Source of the DNA: a virus
Length of the DNA: 26,765 nt
Reading direction: 5' to 3' (one strand)
IMG/VR virus record: IMGVR_UViG_3300028591_000065
Part shown: positions 7,123-16,682 of the stretch, piece by piece
How positions within the stretch are numbered: position 1 is the first letter of the stretch
Layout of the letters: each line of letters begins with the position of its first letter
Translations under genes and position numbers: made by a program
Notes under the pieces: model-generated
The model's input: only the letters and a program-made list of their open reading frames with translations
Database searches by the model: none
Told to the model about the DNA's origin: nothing

Positions 7123-7174
7123 TCGTAATGGTAGTTATACCTTAAATAGCAAAAATTAAGAAGGAGGTTTACCA

Positions 7175-8311
7175 ATGAGTAGACTTGAAGAAATTGAAGC
7201 AAGAAAACTTGAAATAAGAGAAGAACTTGAAGCAACTGAAGAAGTTGAAAAAGTTGAAGAACTTAATCAAGAAGTAGACGCTTTAAATGAAGAAGTACAA
7301 CAAATTGAAGAACATGAAGAAGAACAACAAATTGCTGAAAAAATAGAAGAAGCACCAGTTGTTCCAGAAGTTATCAAGGAGGAGAAGAAAAATATGGATA
7401 ACAAAGAATTAAGAAACACAAAAGAATACGTAGACGCATACGCTGAATACGTAAAAACTGGTAGTGATAAAGAATTAAGAGCTTTATATACTACAAACGC
7501 AACTGAAGTATCAGGCTCAGTTGAAGTACCACAAGTAGTTGAAGACATTGTAAGAACTGCTTGGCAAAGAGAAGACTTAATGCAATATGTTAGAACATTA
7601 AGTGTTAAAGGAAACTTAAAAGTTCAATTTGAAGTTTCATCAAGTGAAGCACAAGTACATTTAGAAGGTGCTGACGAACCAGTTAGTGAAGAAGAACTAG
7701 TATTAGGTATCGTAGAACTAAAACCAGTATCAATTAAAAAATGGATCGGTATTAGTGATGAAGTAGTAGATATGAGAGGAGAAGAATTCTTACGTTATAT
7801 CTATGACGAATTAACTTATAGAATTGCAAAAAAATGTGCTGATACATTAGTAGGTGCTATTGCTGGTTTACCACAAACTGCAACTGCTTCTAGTCCTTCA
7901 GCAAATAAACTTACTTTAGCACCAGCAGTAGGAACTATTGCAAATGCTATAGCTAATTTAAGTGATGAAGCAAATAACCCAGTAATTATTATGAATAAAT
8001 TAACTTATGGAAAATTTAAAGAAGTTGCTTATGCAAATGGTTATTCAGTAGATCCATTTGAAGGTTTAAGAGTTATCTTCAATAACACATTACCAGCATA
8101 CGATAGTGCTTCTTCTGGAAACGTTTATGCTATCGTTGGAGATTTAGGTTTTGGTGCAGTTGCAAACTTCCCAAACGGAGAAGGTGTTGAAATCAAATAT
8201 GATGAAACAACTTTAATGACTGACGATATTGTACGTATTTTAGGACGTAGATTTGTTGGTATGGGTGTTGTAGCTGATAAAGCATTTACTTTAATAGCAA
8301 AACCACAATAA
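7175..8311 (+). CDS. Major capsid protein (HK97 fold) with an N-terminal acidic coiled-coil delta/scaffold domain
   Basis: 378 aa with the strong RBS AAGAAGGAGG. The E-rich N-terminal ~70 aa are followed by a capsid-like body. Position after the protease is canonical. Confidence 0.85.
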   Translation: MSRLEEIEARKLEIREELEATEEVEKVEELNQEVDALNEEVQQIEEHEEEQQIAEKIEEAPVVPEVIKEEKKNMDNKELRNTKEYVDAYAEYVKTGSDKELRALYTTNATEVSGSVEVPQVVEDIVRTAWQREDLMQYVRTLSVKGNLKVQFEVSSSEAQVHLEGADEPVSEEELVLGIVELKPVSIKKWIGISDEVVDMRGEEFLRYIYDELTYRIAKKCADTLVGAIAGLPQTATASSPSANKLTLAPAVGTIANAIANLSDEANNPVIIMNKLTYGKFKEVAYANGYSVDPFEGLRVIFNNTLPAYDSASSGNVYAIVGDLGFGAVANFPNGEGVEIKYDETTLMTDDIVRILGRRFVGMGVVADKAFTLIAKPQ

Positions 8312-8332
8312 AAATAGAAATGAGGTAAGACT

Positions 8333-8599
8333 ATGCTACAAGAAATAAAGAAAATACAAGGTATAAATCACAACGAGTTCGATAGTATGATTAATACTTG
8401 GATCGAGAGTGCAAAATTAGACCTTCAAAGTATCGGCATAGTCGATACAAAAGTAAATACACCAGATAGTTTAGTTCAAACGGCAATAATAACTTATGTT
8501 TTGTCTTTTTTAGACATAACTAATGCTGAATTATATGCACAAAGTTATGCACTACAAAAGGACGTTTTAAGACACTATACGGAGTACAATGGAATATAG
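8333..8599 (+). CDS. Head-tail connector protein (gp6-like)
   Basis: 88 aa, first gene after the capsid gene. Assignment rests on size and synteny. Confidence 0.6.
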   Translation: MLQEIKKIQGINHNEFDSMINTWIESAKLDLQSIGIVDTKVNTPDSLVQTAIITYVLSFLDITNAELYAQSYALQKDVLRHYTEYNGI

Positions 8600-8900
8600 T
8601 GAGATTATTTATTTAATAAGTGAGACTGAAGGAGTAGATGAAATAGGTAATATTATCACTACTTCTTCAAGTCAAAAAAAATGTTATGCTAAAGTTCAAA
8701 GTGTACGAACTAATGAATTCTATAATGCAGTCGAGGTTGGTTTAACACCGAGTATTGAGTTTGTAATTAAAAAACTTAATTATTCTGGAGAAGATTTAAT
8801 CGAGTGGAACGGAAATAAGTATCAAGTTATAAGAATAGTAGAACCAAAGAACAAGTTTGATATTGTATTGGTATGCTCTAAAAAAATAGGAGTTAACTAA
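8589..8900 (+). CDS. Head closure / head-tail adaptor protein
   Basis: 103 aa. The pattern ...CYAKVQSVRTNEFY...GNKYQVIRI is typical of the adaptor family. Confidence 0.6.
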   Translation: MEYSEIIYLISETEGVDEIGNIITTSSSQKKCYAKVQSVRTNEFYNAVEVGLTPSIEFVIKKLNYSGEDLIEWNGNKYQVIRIVEPKNKFDIVLVCSKKIGVN

Positions 8901-9268
8901 TGGGTTCAATATTAGACGTTAGTAAAATGCTAGACAATTATTCAACTGCGATTCAAGACGAAATAGAACGTGTAATATTCGAGAATTGTGATAAAGCAAA
9001 AACTGATTTACAAAACGAAAGAAGCACGTATCAAGTTAGAACTGGTAAATATAATAAAGGGTGGAAAGTTAAAAAAACCAAAAATAGAAAATATGTTGAA
9101 GGAGTTGTATATAATACGCAATACCAATTAACACATTTACTAGAAAAAGGGCATGTCACTAGAAATGGTGGTAAAACTAGAGCTTTCCCACATATAGAAC
9201 CAGTAAACGATAGAACACAAAAATTAGTTGTTGAAGAAATTGAGAGAGCAATAGGAGGTATACAATGA
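8900..9268 (+). CDS. HK97 gp10-like tail-component protein
   Basis: 122 aa. The motif LLEKGHVTRNGGKTRAFPHI resembles the gp10 family. ATGA-type coupling with neighbours. Confidence 0.6.
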   Translation: MGSILDVSKMLDNYSTAIQDEIERVIFENCDKAKTDLQNERSTYQVRTGKYNKGWKVKKTKNRKYVEGVVYNTQYQLTHLLEKGHVTRNGGKTRAFPHIEPVNDRTQKLVVEEIERAIGGIQ

Positions 9269-9579
9269 CTTATAAACAAGTATTTGATATGTTAAGCACA
9301 TTAAAAATACCAGTTGCTTACGACCATTTCCCAACGAATAAACAAGTACAACCACCTTTTGTTGTATATAGAGCAAGTAGTCCAGAAACATTTAAAGCTG
9401 ACGGAATAACATACTATAGACCTTATGAGTATGAAATAGAACTTATAACGGAAACAAAAGATATATTGCTAGAACAAACTATTGAAGATTTACTAACTAC
9501 AAATAAGATACCATACGACTTGATAGATGAAGTATGGGACGAAGACGAACGTATCTATCACAACTTTTACGAAATATAG
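9265..9579 (+). CDS. Tail completion / tail terminator-like protein
   Basis: 104 aa, last gene before the major tail protein. Assigned by synteny only. Confidence 0.5.
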   Translation: MTYKQVFDMLSTLKIPVAYDHFPTNKQVQPPFVVYRASSPETFKADGITYYRPYEYEIELITETKDILLEQTIEDLLTTNKIPYDLIDEVWDEDERIYHNFYEI

Positions 9580-9589
9580 GAGGTATATA

Positions 9590-10156
9590 ATGAGTAAAGT
9601 TAAGTTTGGTTTAAAAAACGTACATATTGCTAAAATTACTTATGGAGAAAGTGGTGGACTACCAACTATTACTTATGGAACTCCATTTGCTTTACCTGGT
9701 GCAGTTAACTTAACACTAGACCCAGAAGGAGATAGTGCTGACTTCTTTGCTGATAACACTAAATATTTTAGTTCAAGTGCTAATAATGGTTATAGTGGAT
9801 CATTAGAAATGGCAAAACTTACTGAGGAGTTTAGAACTGAAATACTAGGAGAAACTACTGACACTAACGGTGCATTAGTAGAAAGCAAAGACGATACTCT
9901 AAGTGATTTTGCTTTAGGTTTTGAAGTTGACGGAGATGATAAGAATACAAGATATTGGTTCTATGCTATTACTCCTGCAAGAGCAGGCGCAGGTTCATCT
10001 ACTATTGAAACAACAAAAGAACCTATTACTGAAACAATAAATATTAGTGCTAATGCAAGAATAACTGACGGAAAAGTTAGAATATTTATGGAAGAAACAA
10101 ATACAAACACAACAGCTTTCAATGGTTTCTTCACAAGTGTATACGAAGCACAATAA
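9590..10156 (+). CDS. Major tail protein (phi13-family-like)
   Basis: ATG 9590 follows TAGGAGGTATATA. The sequence MSKVKFGLKNVHIAKIT...TYGTPFALPGAVNLTLDPEGDSADFFADN matches the pattern of this family. The track's 9527 start overlaps the upstream gene and lacks an SD. Confidence 0.8.
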   Translation: MSKVKFGLKNVHIAKITYGESGGLPTITYGTPFALPGAVNLTLDPEGDSADFFADNTKYFSSSANNGYSGSLEMAKLTEEFRTEILGETTDTNGALVESKDDTLSDFALGFEVDGDDKNTRYWFYAITPARAGAGSSTIETTKEPITETINISANARITDGKVRIFMEETNTNTTAFNGFFTSVYEAQ

Positions 10157-10158
10157 AA

Positions 10159-10214
10159 TACTACTCTCTTATGAGTAGTACAAAGAGAACTACTATATCG
10201 GTAGTTCTTTTTTT
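10159..10214 (+). terminator. Tandem hairpins; the second is an intrinsic terminator after the major tail gene
   Basis: Hairpin 1: TACTACTC (10159-10166) / GAGTAGTA (10173-10180). Hairpin 2: AGAACTAC (10186-10193) / GTAGTTCT (10201-10208), followed by T-run 10208-10214. Confidence 0.75.
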
Positions 10215-10238
10215 AGTATTCATAAAAGGAGGTTTTTT

Positions 10239-12458
10239 ATGGCAAGTTCAAGAATAAAGGGCATTACCATTGATATTGGAGGTAATACCCAAAAACTACA
10301 AGACGCATTGAAGGGAGTAGACAAGCAAATATATGGTTTAAATGCTGATTTAAAAGACTTAAATAAAGCATTGAAACTAGATCCAAACAATACGGAATTG
10401 TTAGCACAAAAGCAAGACGTATTAGCAAGGAATATAAAAGCTTCTACTGATAGACTAAATGCTTTAAAAGAAGCACAAAAGCAACTAGGTAGTTATAATT
10501 CATTAACTGAAGAACAAAAAGCTCAATATAATGCTTTAAGTGGAGAAATAGCAAAGACTGAAAAAGCATTAAAAGACATGAATAACGAACTTAAAGGGAC
10601 TGCAAAGATAGATTTAAGTGCGTTAAAGACTGGTTTAGCAAAAGTAGGAGATATTGCACTAGACGTTGGTAAAAAGTTAGCACAAGTCACAACTGCAATT
10701 AGTGGGGCATTGACTGGAGTAGTAAGTCTAGGAGTAAAGAGTTATGCAAGTTTAGAGCAAAACTTAGGTGGTATTGAAACTTTATTTGGAGATAGTGCTG
10801 ATAAAGTAGTAGAGAACGCCCGTAAAGCTTTTAAGACTGCTGGAGTAAGTGCTAATGAATATATGCAAGGTGTCACTTCATTTAGTGCTAGTTTATTACA
10901 AAGTTTAGGTGGTAATACTGATAAAGCAGCCGATATAGCCGATATGGCATTTAGAGATATGTCAGATAATGCTAATAAGTTTGGTACTGATATGTCATCA
11001 ATACAAAGTGCTTATCAAGGTTTTGCAAAACAAAACTATACACTCCTAGACAACCTTAAGCTCGGTTATGGGGGAACTAAAACCGAAATGGAAAGACTAC
11101 TTAAAGACGCTTCTAAAATAAGTGGAGTTAAGTACGATATTAAAAACCTAAGTGACGTATACGAAGCAATACATGTTATACAAGGAGAATTAAAAGTCAC
11201 TGGTACAACTGCAAAAGAAAGTGCAAGTACAATTAGTGGTTCAGTACAAACAATGAAGTCAGCTTTTGACAACTTTATTAATGGTTCTGGTGGTGCTGAA
11301 GATTTAATTGAAAGTGTTAATAATGTTTTAACAAATGTATCTAATGCAGTAATAAAAATAGCACCTAGTATTTTAAGTGGTATACCTAAATTAATATCTA
11401 GTTTATTACCACAAATAGGACAAATGATAGTAAATCTTGCACCTCAATTATTCCAGTCAGTTAGTCAAATGATAACGCAAATATTAGACATGGTAAAAGG
11501 AGACACAACTGGTTTACAAAATACAATAAGTTCATTAGTAGAAAGTATCGTGACTTTCTTTACTGAAAACTTACCAAAGATAATTGAAATAGCATTGACT
11601 ATATTAGTCACACTAACTGAAAGCATTGCTAATAATTTAGACACAATAGTACCAGCAATAGTAGACTGCGTTATAACAATAGTAAATACTTTAATTGATA
11701 ATTTAGATATGATAATAGACGCTGGTATCAAGTTAATAATTGCACTTGCTGAAAGTATAACTGATCCAAAGACATTAAAGAAATTAATAGACGCAGTACC
11801 AAAGATAATTACAACTATAGTCACAACTTTAGTAAAGAACTTTCCAAAGATAGTTTCTGCTGGAGTTCAAATTATAGGAAGTTTGGCAACTGGTTTATAT
11901 AATGCTTTTAGTATGATAAGAGATAAAGCATTTGAATTATTGAATAACTTTAAAGACTGGTTATTAGAAGGTTTATGGAAAATAAAAGACGTTGGTAAAG
12001 AATTAATAAGTGGTTTATGGAGTGGTTTAACTGAAAAGTGGGACAGCTTAAAGAATAGTGTTAAGAACTTTGGAGAAGGAGTAGTAAATAAGTTTAAAAA
12101 TGTATTTGGCATAGCTTCTCCAAGTAAAGTATTTAAAAAGGTTATAGGTACTAATTTAGCATTAGGAATAAGTGAAGGTTTTACTGAAGAAATGAATAAA
12201 GTTTCAACTGATATGACTAAGTCAATACCAGTAGACGATTTAATAGGAGAATATGATACTGCAATGCGTAGTTTAACCAGAGGAATTAATTCAAGTGTTA
12301 ACCCAACAATAAACCCAAGTATCACATACGAGCAAAATTACTCAATGATGAGTAAAGCAATGAAAGAAGCTTTAAACGATATGGTAGTAGACTTAGACGA
12401 TAGAGAAGTAGGAAGATTCGTTAGTAAAACAATAACTAACGAAGTATATGGGAGGTAG
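10239..12458 (+). CDS. Tail tape measure protein
   Basis: 739 aa. The N-terminus IKGITIDIGGNTQKLQDALKGVDKQI is typical of Firmicutes tape measure proteins. The protein is long, helical and hydrophobic. Position is canonical. Confidence 0.85.
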   Translation: MASSRIKGITIDIGGNTQKLQDALKGVDKQIYGLNADLKDLNKALKLDPNNTELLAQKQDVLARNIKASTDRLNALKEAQKQLGSYNSLTEEQKAQYNALSGEIAKTEKALKDMNNELKGTAKIDLSALKTGLAKVGDIALDVGKKLAQVTTAISGALTGVVSLGVKSYASLEQNLGGIETLFGDSADKVVENARKAFKTAGVSANEYMQGVTSFSASLLQSLGGNTDKAADIADMAFRDMSDNANKFGTDMSSIQSAYQGFAKQNYTLLDNLKLGYGGTKTEMERLLKDASKISGVKYDIKNLSDVYEAIHVIQGELKVTGTTAKESASTISGSVQTMKSAFDNFINGSGGAEDLIESVNNVLTNVSNAVIKIAPSILSGIPKLISSLLPQIGQMIVNLAPQLFQSVSQMITQILDMVKGDTTGLQNTISSLVESIVTFFTENLPKIIEIALTILVTLTESIANNLDTIVPAIVDCVITIVNTLIDNLDMIIDAGIKLIIALAESITDPKTLKKLIDAVPKIITTIVTTLVKNFPKIVSAGVQIIGSLATGLYNAFSMIRDKAFELLNNFKDWLLEGLWKIKDVGKELISGLWSGLTEKWDSLKNSVKNFGEGVVNKFKNVFGIASPSKVFKKVIGTNLALGISEGFTEEMNKVSTDMTKSIPVDDLIGEYDTAMRSLTRGINSSVNPTINPSITYEQNYSMMSKAMKEALNDMVVDLDDREVGRFVSKTITNEVYGR

Positions 12459-12461
12459 TTT

Positions 12462-15038
12462 ATGAGAAATTATGTAATAATAAATGGAGTTAATTCATTA
12501 AGTATAAAAGGTTTAGCAATAAGTAAACTACCTTCTATTTCTAAACCACCATTAAGAGTAATGACGGAAGAAATAGACGGACGAGACGGAGATATAATAA
12601 CTGAATTAGGTTATGGATCGTATGATAAAGAATTAGTCATTGGTTTATATGAAAATTATGATATAAACGAAATAATAGGTTTCTTTAATCAAGAAGGAAC
12701 TATTGTATTCAGTAATGAAGATGATAAATACTATAACTTTAAAATAATAAATCAAATAGACTATGAAGCATTAATCAAGTTTAGAACTGCAAATGTGACA
12801 TTACATTGTCAACCGTTTAAGTACCCTTTAGAAGAAGAACCTATCGAACTAATAGATACATATATAGAAGAAGAAGGGGAAGAAATAACTTTAACCCCAA
12901 CAGAAGACGCACCAATGGAGATAACATTAAAAGGAAACACTTCACAAGTAGTAATACCAGCAGAAGAAGGTTTAGAAGCTGAAGGAACAAGCATAACATT
13001 AACTGACGTAATACCAACAAAAGAGAACTATATAATACTAAAAGGAAATACATCACAAAACGGAACACCTACACCAGATAATCCAGTAAATGTTAATGTA
13101 GTAAGTGGAGATAATGAGATAGTTGTATGTGGTAAAAACTTAATTCCATTTCCTTATCAAGGTTCAACAAGAACTGATGGTTCTTTATCGTGGGTTGTAA
13201 ATGATGATGGCACTATATTAGTAAATGGCACAAACGATACAGGTTCTACTAAATATTTTAATTTACAATATAATAACGGAATTCAATTAAAAGCAGGAAC
13301 TTATACAATTTCCGTTGGTAGTACATCAAATATTAGGGCAACGGTGGCTAAATGGGGTGATAACACTAATGTAATTGCATTGTTATCACCAAATACAAGC
13401 GATACAACATTTACTCTTACTGAAGATATGATTGTCACTATTGTACTAGCAATAAATAATGGGTTAAGTGTTAATAATATTTTAGTAAAACCAATGCTAG
13501 AAAAAAATACAAGTTCAACAACATACGAACCATATACAAGAAATACATATCATATAAATTTAGGCACAATAGAACTATGTAAAATAGGAACATACCAAGA
13601 TAAACTTATTAAGTCTAATGATAAATGGTATTGGTATAGAGAAATTGGGAAAGTTGTTTTAAATGGTAGTGAGAATTGGGGCAATTTTCATATTGAAAGT
13701 TCAGGACTTGGTAGAGCAATAGTAGAAAGTACTAATGTTTATTTTGACAGCGATACACCAAGCATTTTAGCAAGTAATATGAAAGGTGTTAAATATTCAA
13801 GTTCTTGGAATAATACTTATGATTGTATAGCAAGTTATAATAATAATAGATTTATAGCATATTTAAAAAATGCAACTGATTTAACAAGTTTTAAAGCAAT
13901 TTTAAGTAATAGTAATTCAATAGTAAAATATGTACTATCAACACCTACTTATACTGAAATAACTGATACTAATTTAATAAATCAATTAAATGCTTTATAT
14001 AATGCTACTATTTATGAAACAACTAATATAAGTTCTATTCCTAACGATTTAGAACCTTTTATTGATATTAAGTACAATGTTGTCACACCTTCTCCTAGTC
14101 CTCAAAGACCGAGTGCTATTAATGTGGTTAGTGGTACTAATACTATTAAAATAGCTAATGAAGATGATACTGAAAGTCAAACTTTTAATATTAGACTTGG
14201 ATCATTGAAGTTATACAAACTAAATGACACACAAGATTATATTTATAAAAGTGCTGATAAATGGTATATAAGAAACCACGCAAAAGAAAAAACCTTTACT
14301 GGTGCTGATATTGAAGGTTGGGGTTGTTTACAAAATGGTAGAGGAGAGTGGTGTATTCTAACTACTAATATTAGAAATGAAGTAAAACAAGGTTCATCTT
14401 TAATTGCTGATATATTACCATTTTTTAGTAGTGCTATATTTGACGGACTATATAATCAAAATGCTATAACTTTAGGTGGTAAAAATATAGAGTTGATGAT
14501 AGAAGGAATAAACGATAATGATGATGAATTATTTACGGACTTCTTAGCAATACATAACTTAACTATTTTATATGAGTTAGCAACTCCTATTGATACCGAA
14601 ATAACTGACACTGATTTAATAGAAGATTTGGAAGCATTACTTGAAGCAACTTCATATAACCCAGAAACAAATATCACACAAACAAGTAATGATAAACCAT
14701 TTATTATATATGCTAAAGCATTAGAAGGTGGTTCTGGAGAAGCTGAAGTAATAAACGAAGGTAATATATACGCTAAACCTATCTTTGAAATAGAAGGTAA
14801 TGGAATAGTACAAGTTTTAATTGATAATAACGAAGTATTACAAGTTGATACTACAAACGATACAATAATAATTGATACTGAAAATATGGAAGCAATTAAT
14901 AAGAGTGATAATACATTAGCAAATAGACAAGTAATAGGAGATTATTCAAAAATAAAATTAGTTTCTGGAGAAAGTAATGTAAAACTTACTGGTAATTATA
15001 CAAAAGGAACTATTACAAAATATACGAGGTATCTATGA
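12462..15038 (+). CDS. Distal tail protein (evolved Dit) with two inserted, related modules
   Basis: 858 aa directly after the tape measure gene. Dit-like N-terminal (~120 aa) and C-terminal (~110 aa) parts flank two paralogous insertions (see findings). Confidence 0.7.
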   Translation: MRNYVIINGVNSLSIKGLAISKLPSISKPPLRVMTEEIDGRDGDIITELGYGSYDKELVIGLYENYDINEIIGFFNQEGTIVFSNEDDKYYNFKIINQIDYEALIKFRTANVTLHCQPFKYPLEEEPIELIDTYIEEEGEEITLTPTEDAPMEITLKGNTSQVVIPAEEGLEAEGTSITLTDVIPTKENYIILKGNTSQNGTPTPDNPVNVNVVSGDNEIVVCGKNLIPFPYQGSTRTDGSLSWVVNDDGTILVNGTNDTGSTKYFNLQYNNGIQLKAGTYTISVGSTSNIRATVAKWGDNTNVIALLSPNTSDTTFTLTEDMIVTIVLAINNGLSVNNILVKPMLEKNTSSTTYEPYTRNTYHINLGTIELCKIGTYQDKLIKSNDKWYWYREIGKVVLNGSENWGNFHIESSGLGRAIVESTNVYFDSDTPSILASNMKGVKYSSSWNNTYDCIASYNNNRFIAYLKNATDLTSFKAILSNSNSIVKYVLSTPTYTEITDTNLINQLNALYNATIYETTNISSIPNDLEPFIDIKYNVVTPSPSPQRPSAINVVSGTNTIKIANEDDTESQTFNIRLGSLKLYKLNDTQDYIYKSADKWYIRNHAKEKTFTGADIEGWGCLQNGRGEWCILTTNIRNEVKQGSSLIADILPFFSSAIFDGLYNQNAITLGGKNIELMIEGINDNDDELFTDFLAIHNLTILYELATPIDTEITDTDLIEDLEALLEATSYNPETNITQTSNDKPFIIYAKALEGGSGEAEVINEGNIYAKPIFEIEGNGIVQVLIDNNEVLQVDTTNDTIIIDTENMEAINKSDNTLANRQVIGDYSKIKLVSGESNVKLTGNYTKGTITKYTRYL

Positions 15039-16672
15039 TAAAATTATTTAATACTACTGATAACTTATTTAATTCAAATGGAGATAAGATAATACAACCT
15101 ACTTACGCAATGGTGCATAAAGAAGATAATGGTGCTTACTATTTAGATATAGAAGCACCTTTAATTTATGCTGATGATTTAGTAAGTAATAAAATATTAG
15201 TTGCTAATACTCCACAAGGTTATCAAGCATTTAGAATTACTAATGTAGAAAAAACACGAACTAAAATAAAATTAACTGCTTATCATATTTTTTATGATAG
15301 TGCTAATTATGTTATTGAAGATAGTTATATAGTAGAAAAAAATTGTAATTATGCTTTAGACCATTTAAACAATGCTACTGATAACCCTAGTCCATTTACA
15401 ACGTCTAGTGACGTAGGCACAATAGCTTCTTATAGGTGTGTAAGAAAATCTTTATATGAAGCTTTTCAAGTTGTATTAAAACGTTGGGGAGGACATTTAG
15501 TTAGAGATAACTTCACGATCCAAGTTAAAAATACAATAGGTGCTGACAATGGAGTAGTAGTTAGATATGGTAAAAACTTAAAAGATATATCAGCACAATA
15601 TGACTGGAACGAAGTAGTCACGAAGATATTACCAGTAGGGTATGACGGACTATTATTACCAGAGAAATATATTGAAGGAGTAAACCAATACGATATACCA
15701 TATACAAAAGTAGTAAGTTTCGACCAAAGTGAGATACAAGAAGAAGATTATGCTTCACATGATGAGTTTATAGACGCATTAATAGGAGATTTACGTACAA
15801 AAGCACAAGCATATTTAGAGTTAAACTCTATACCTCACGTAAATTACACCCTAGAAGCTAATTTAGAGCGTATAACGGACATTGGAGACATAATCGAAGT
15901 AATAGACGAAAGACTAGGAATTAGTCTTATAACGTCTCTAATTAGTTTTGATTATGACTGCATATTAGAAAAATATAGACAAGTACAATTTGGAAACTTT
16001 AAACCGACACTTGATAACTTTGTAGAACAAATAGCACAAACTACCCAAGAACAAATAAACGAGAATAATGCAACAATACAAGTTCAATTAATTCAAGGGT
16101 TAGAAGAAGCTACTGATACGATATTAGGAGTTATGGGTAATTCTTTTGTTATATATGACGGAACACAAATTATGATAGTAGATAGTTTACCAAAAGAAAC
16201 TGCTACTAATGTAATGCGTATTAATTCTGCTGGTATTGGTTTTTCAAATACTGGTATAAATGGTATTTTTAATTCTGCATGGACTATTGACGGAACTTTA
16301 AATATGCAAAATATTAATGTCATTGGTTTAACTGCTGACTTAATAAGCTCTGGTACATTAAAATTAGGTTCTAATTTAAACCAATACGGAACATTAGAAG
16401 TATATGACGAGAACAATGTTTTAATTGCTACATTAGATAAAAATGGGTTAACAAGTATTAGTGTTAATGGTGCTTATGTAAGACTTAATGCTGATGAGGG
16501 TTTGGTTGGTTATGACGCTAACGATAATAAAATATATTGGGTACAAGATAATGTATTCCACATGGCAAATGCTGAAATAGAAAACGAAATTGCTATTGCT
16601 AAAAAAATAAAATTAGTCCCAGTAGTTAAAACAGGTACTAATGGTATTGGTTTTGTTGGTATTGCTGAATAG
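15035..16672 (+). CDS. Tail-associated lysin-position protein (Tal; phage minor structural protein N-terminal region-like)
   Basis: 545 aa. The N-terminus MIKLFN...NGDKII...AMVHKEDNGAYYLDIEAP...AFRITNVEKT is typical of the prophage tail endopeptidase/Tal N-terminal domain. ATGA overlap with Dit. Confidence 0.7.
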   Translation: MIKLFNTTDNLFNSNGDKIIQPTYAMVHKEDNGAYYLDIEAPLIYADDLVSNKILVANTPQGYQAFRITNVEKTRTKIKLTAYHIFYDSANYVIEDSYIVEKNCNYALDHLNNATDNPSPFTTSSDVGTIASYRCVRKSLYEAFQVVLKRWGGHLVRDNFTIQVKNTIGADNGVVVRYGKNLKDISAQYDWNEVVTKILPVGYDGLLLPEKYIEGVNQYDIPYTKVVSFDQSEIQEEDYASHDEFIDALIGDLRTKAQAYLELNSIPHVNYTLEANLERITDIGDIIEVIDERLGISLITSLISFDYDCILEKYRQVQFGNFKPTLDNFVEQIAQTTQEQINENNATIQVQLIQGLEEATDTILGVMGNSFVIYDGTQIMIVDSLPKETATNVMRINSAGIGFSNTGINGIFNSAWTIDGTLNMQNINVIGLTADLISSGTLKLGSNLNQYGTLEVYDENNVLIATLDKNGLTSISVNGAYVRLNADEGLVGYDANDNKIYWVQDNVFHMANAEIENEIAIAKKIKLVPVVKTGTNGIGFVGIAE

Positions 16673-16682
16673 GAGGTAAATT

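Noticed and set aside
7175-7390. GAA/GAAGAA-rich low-complexity DNA, considered as a possible repeat element.
   Set aside because: It encodes the acidic coiled-coil N-terminal delta/scaffolding domain of the major capsid protein. It is not an independent repeat.
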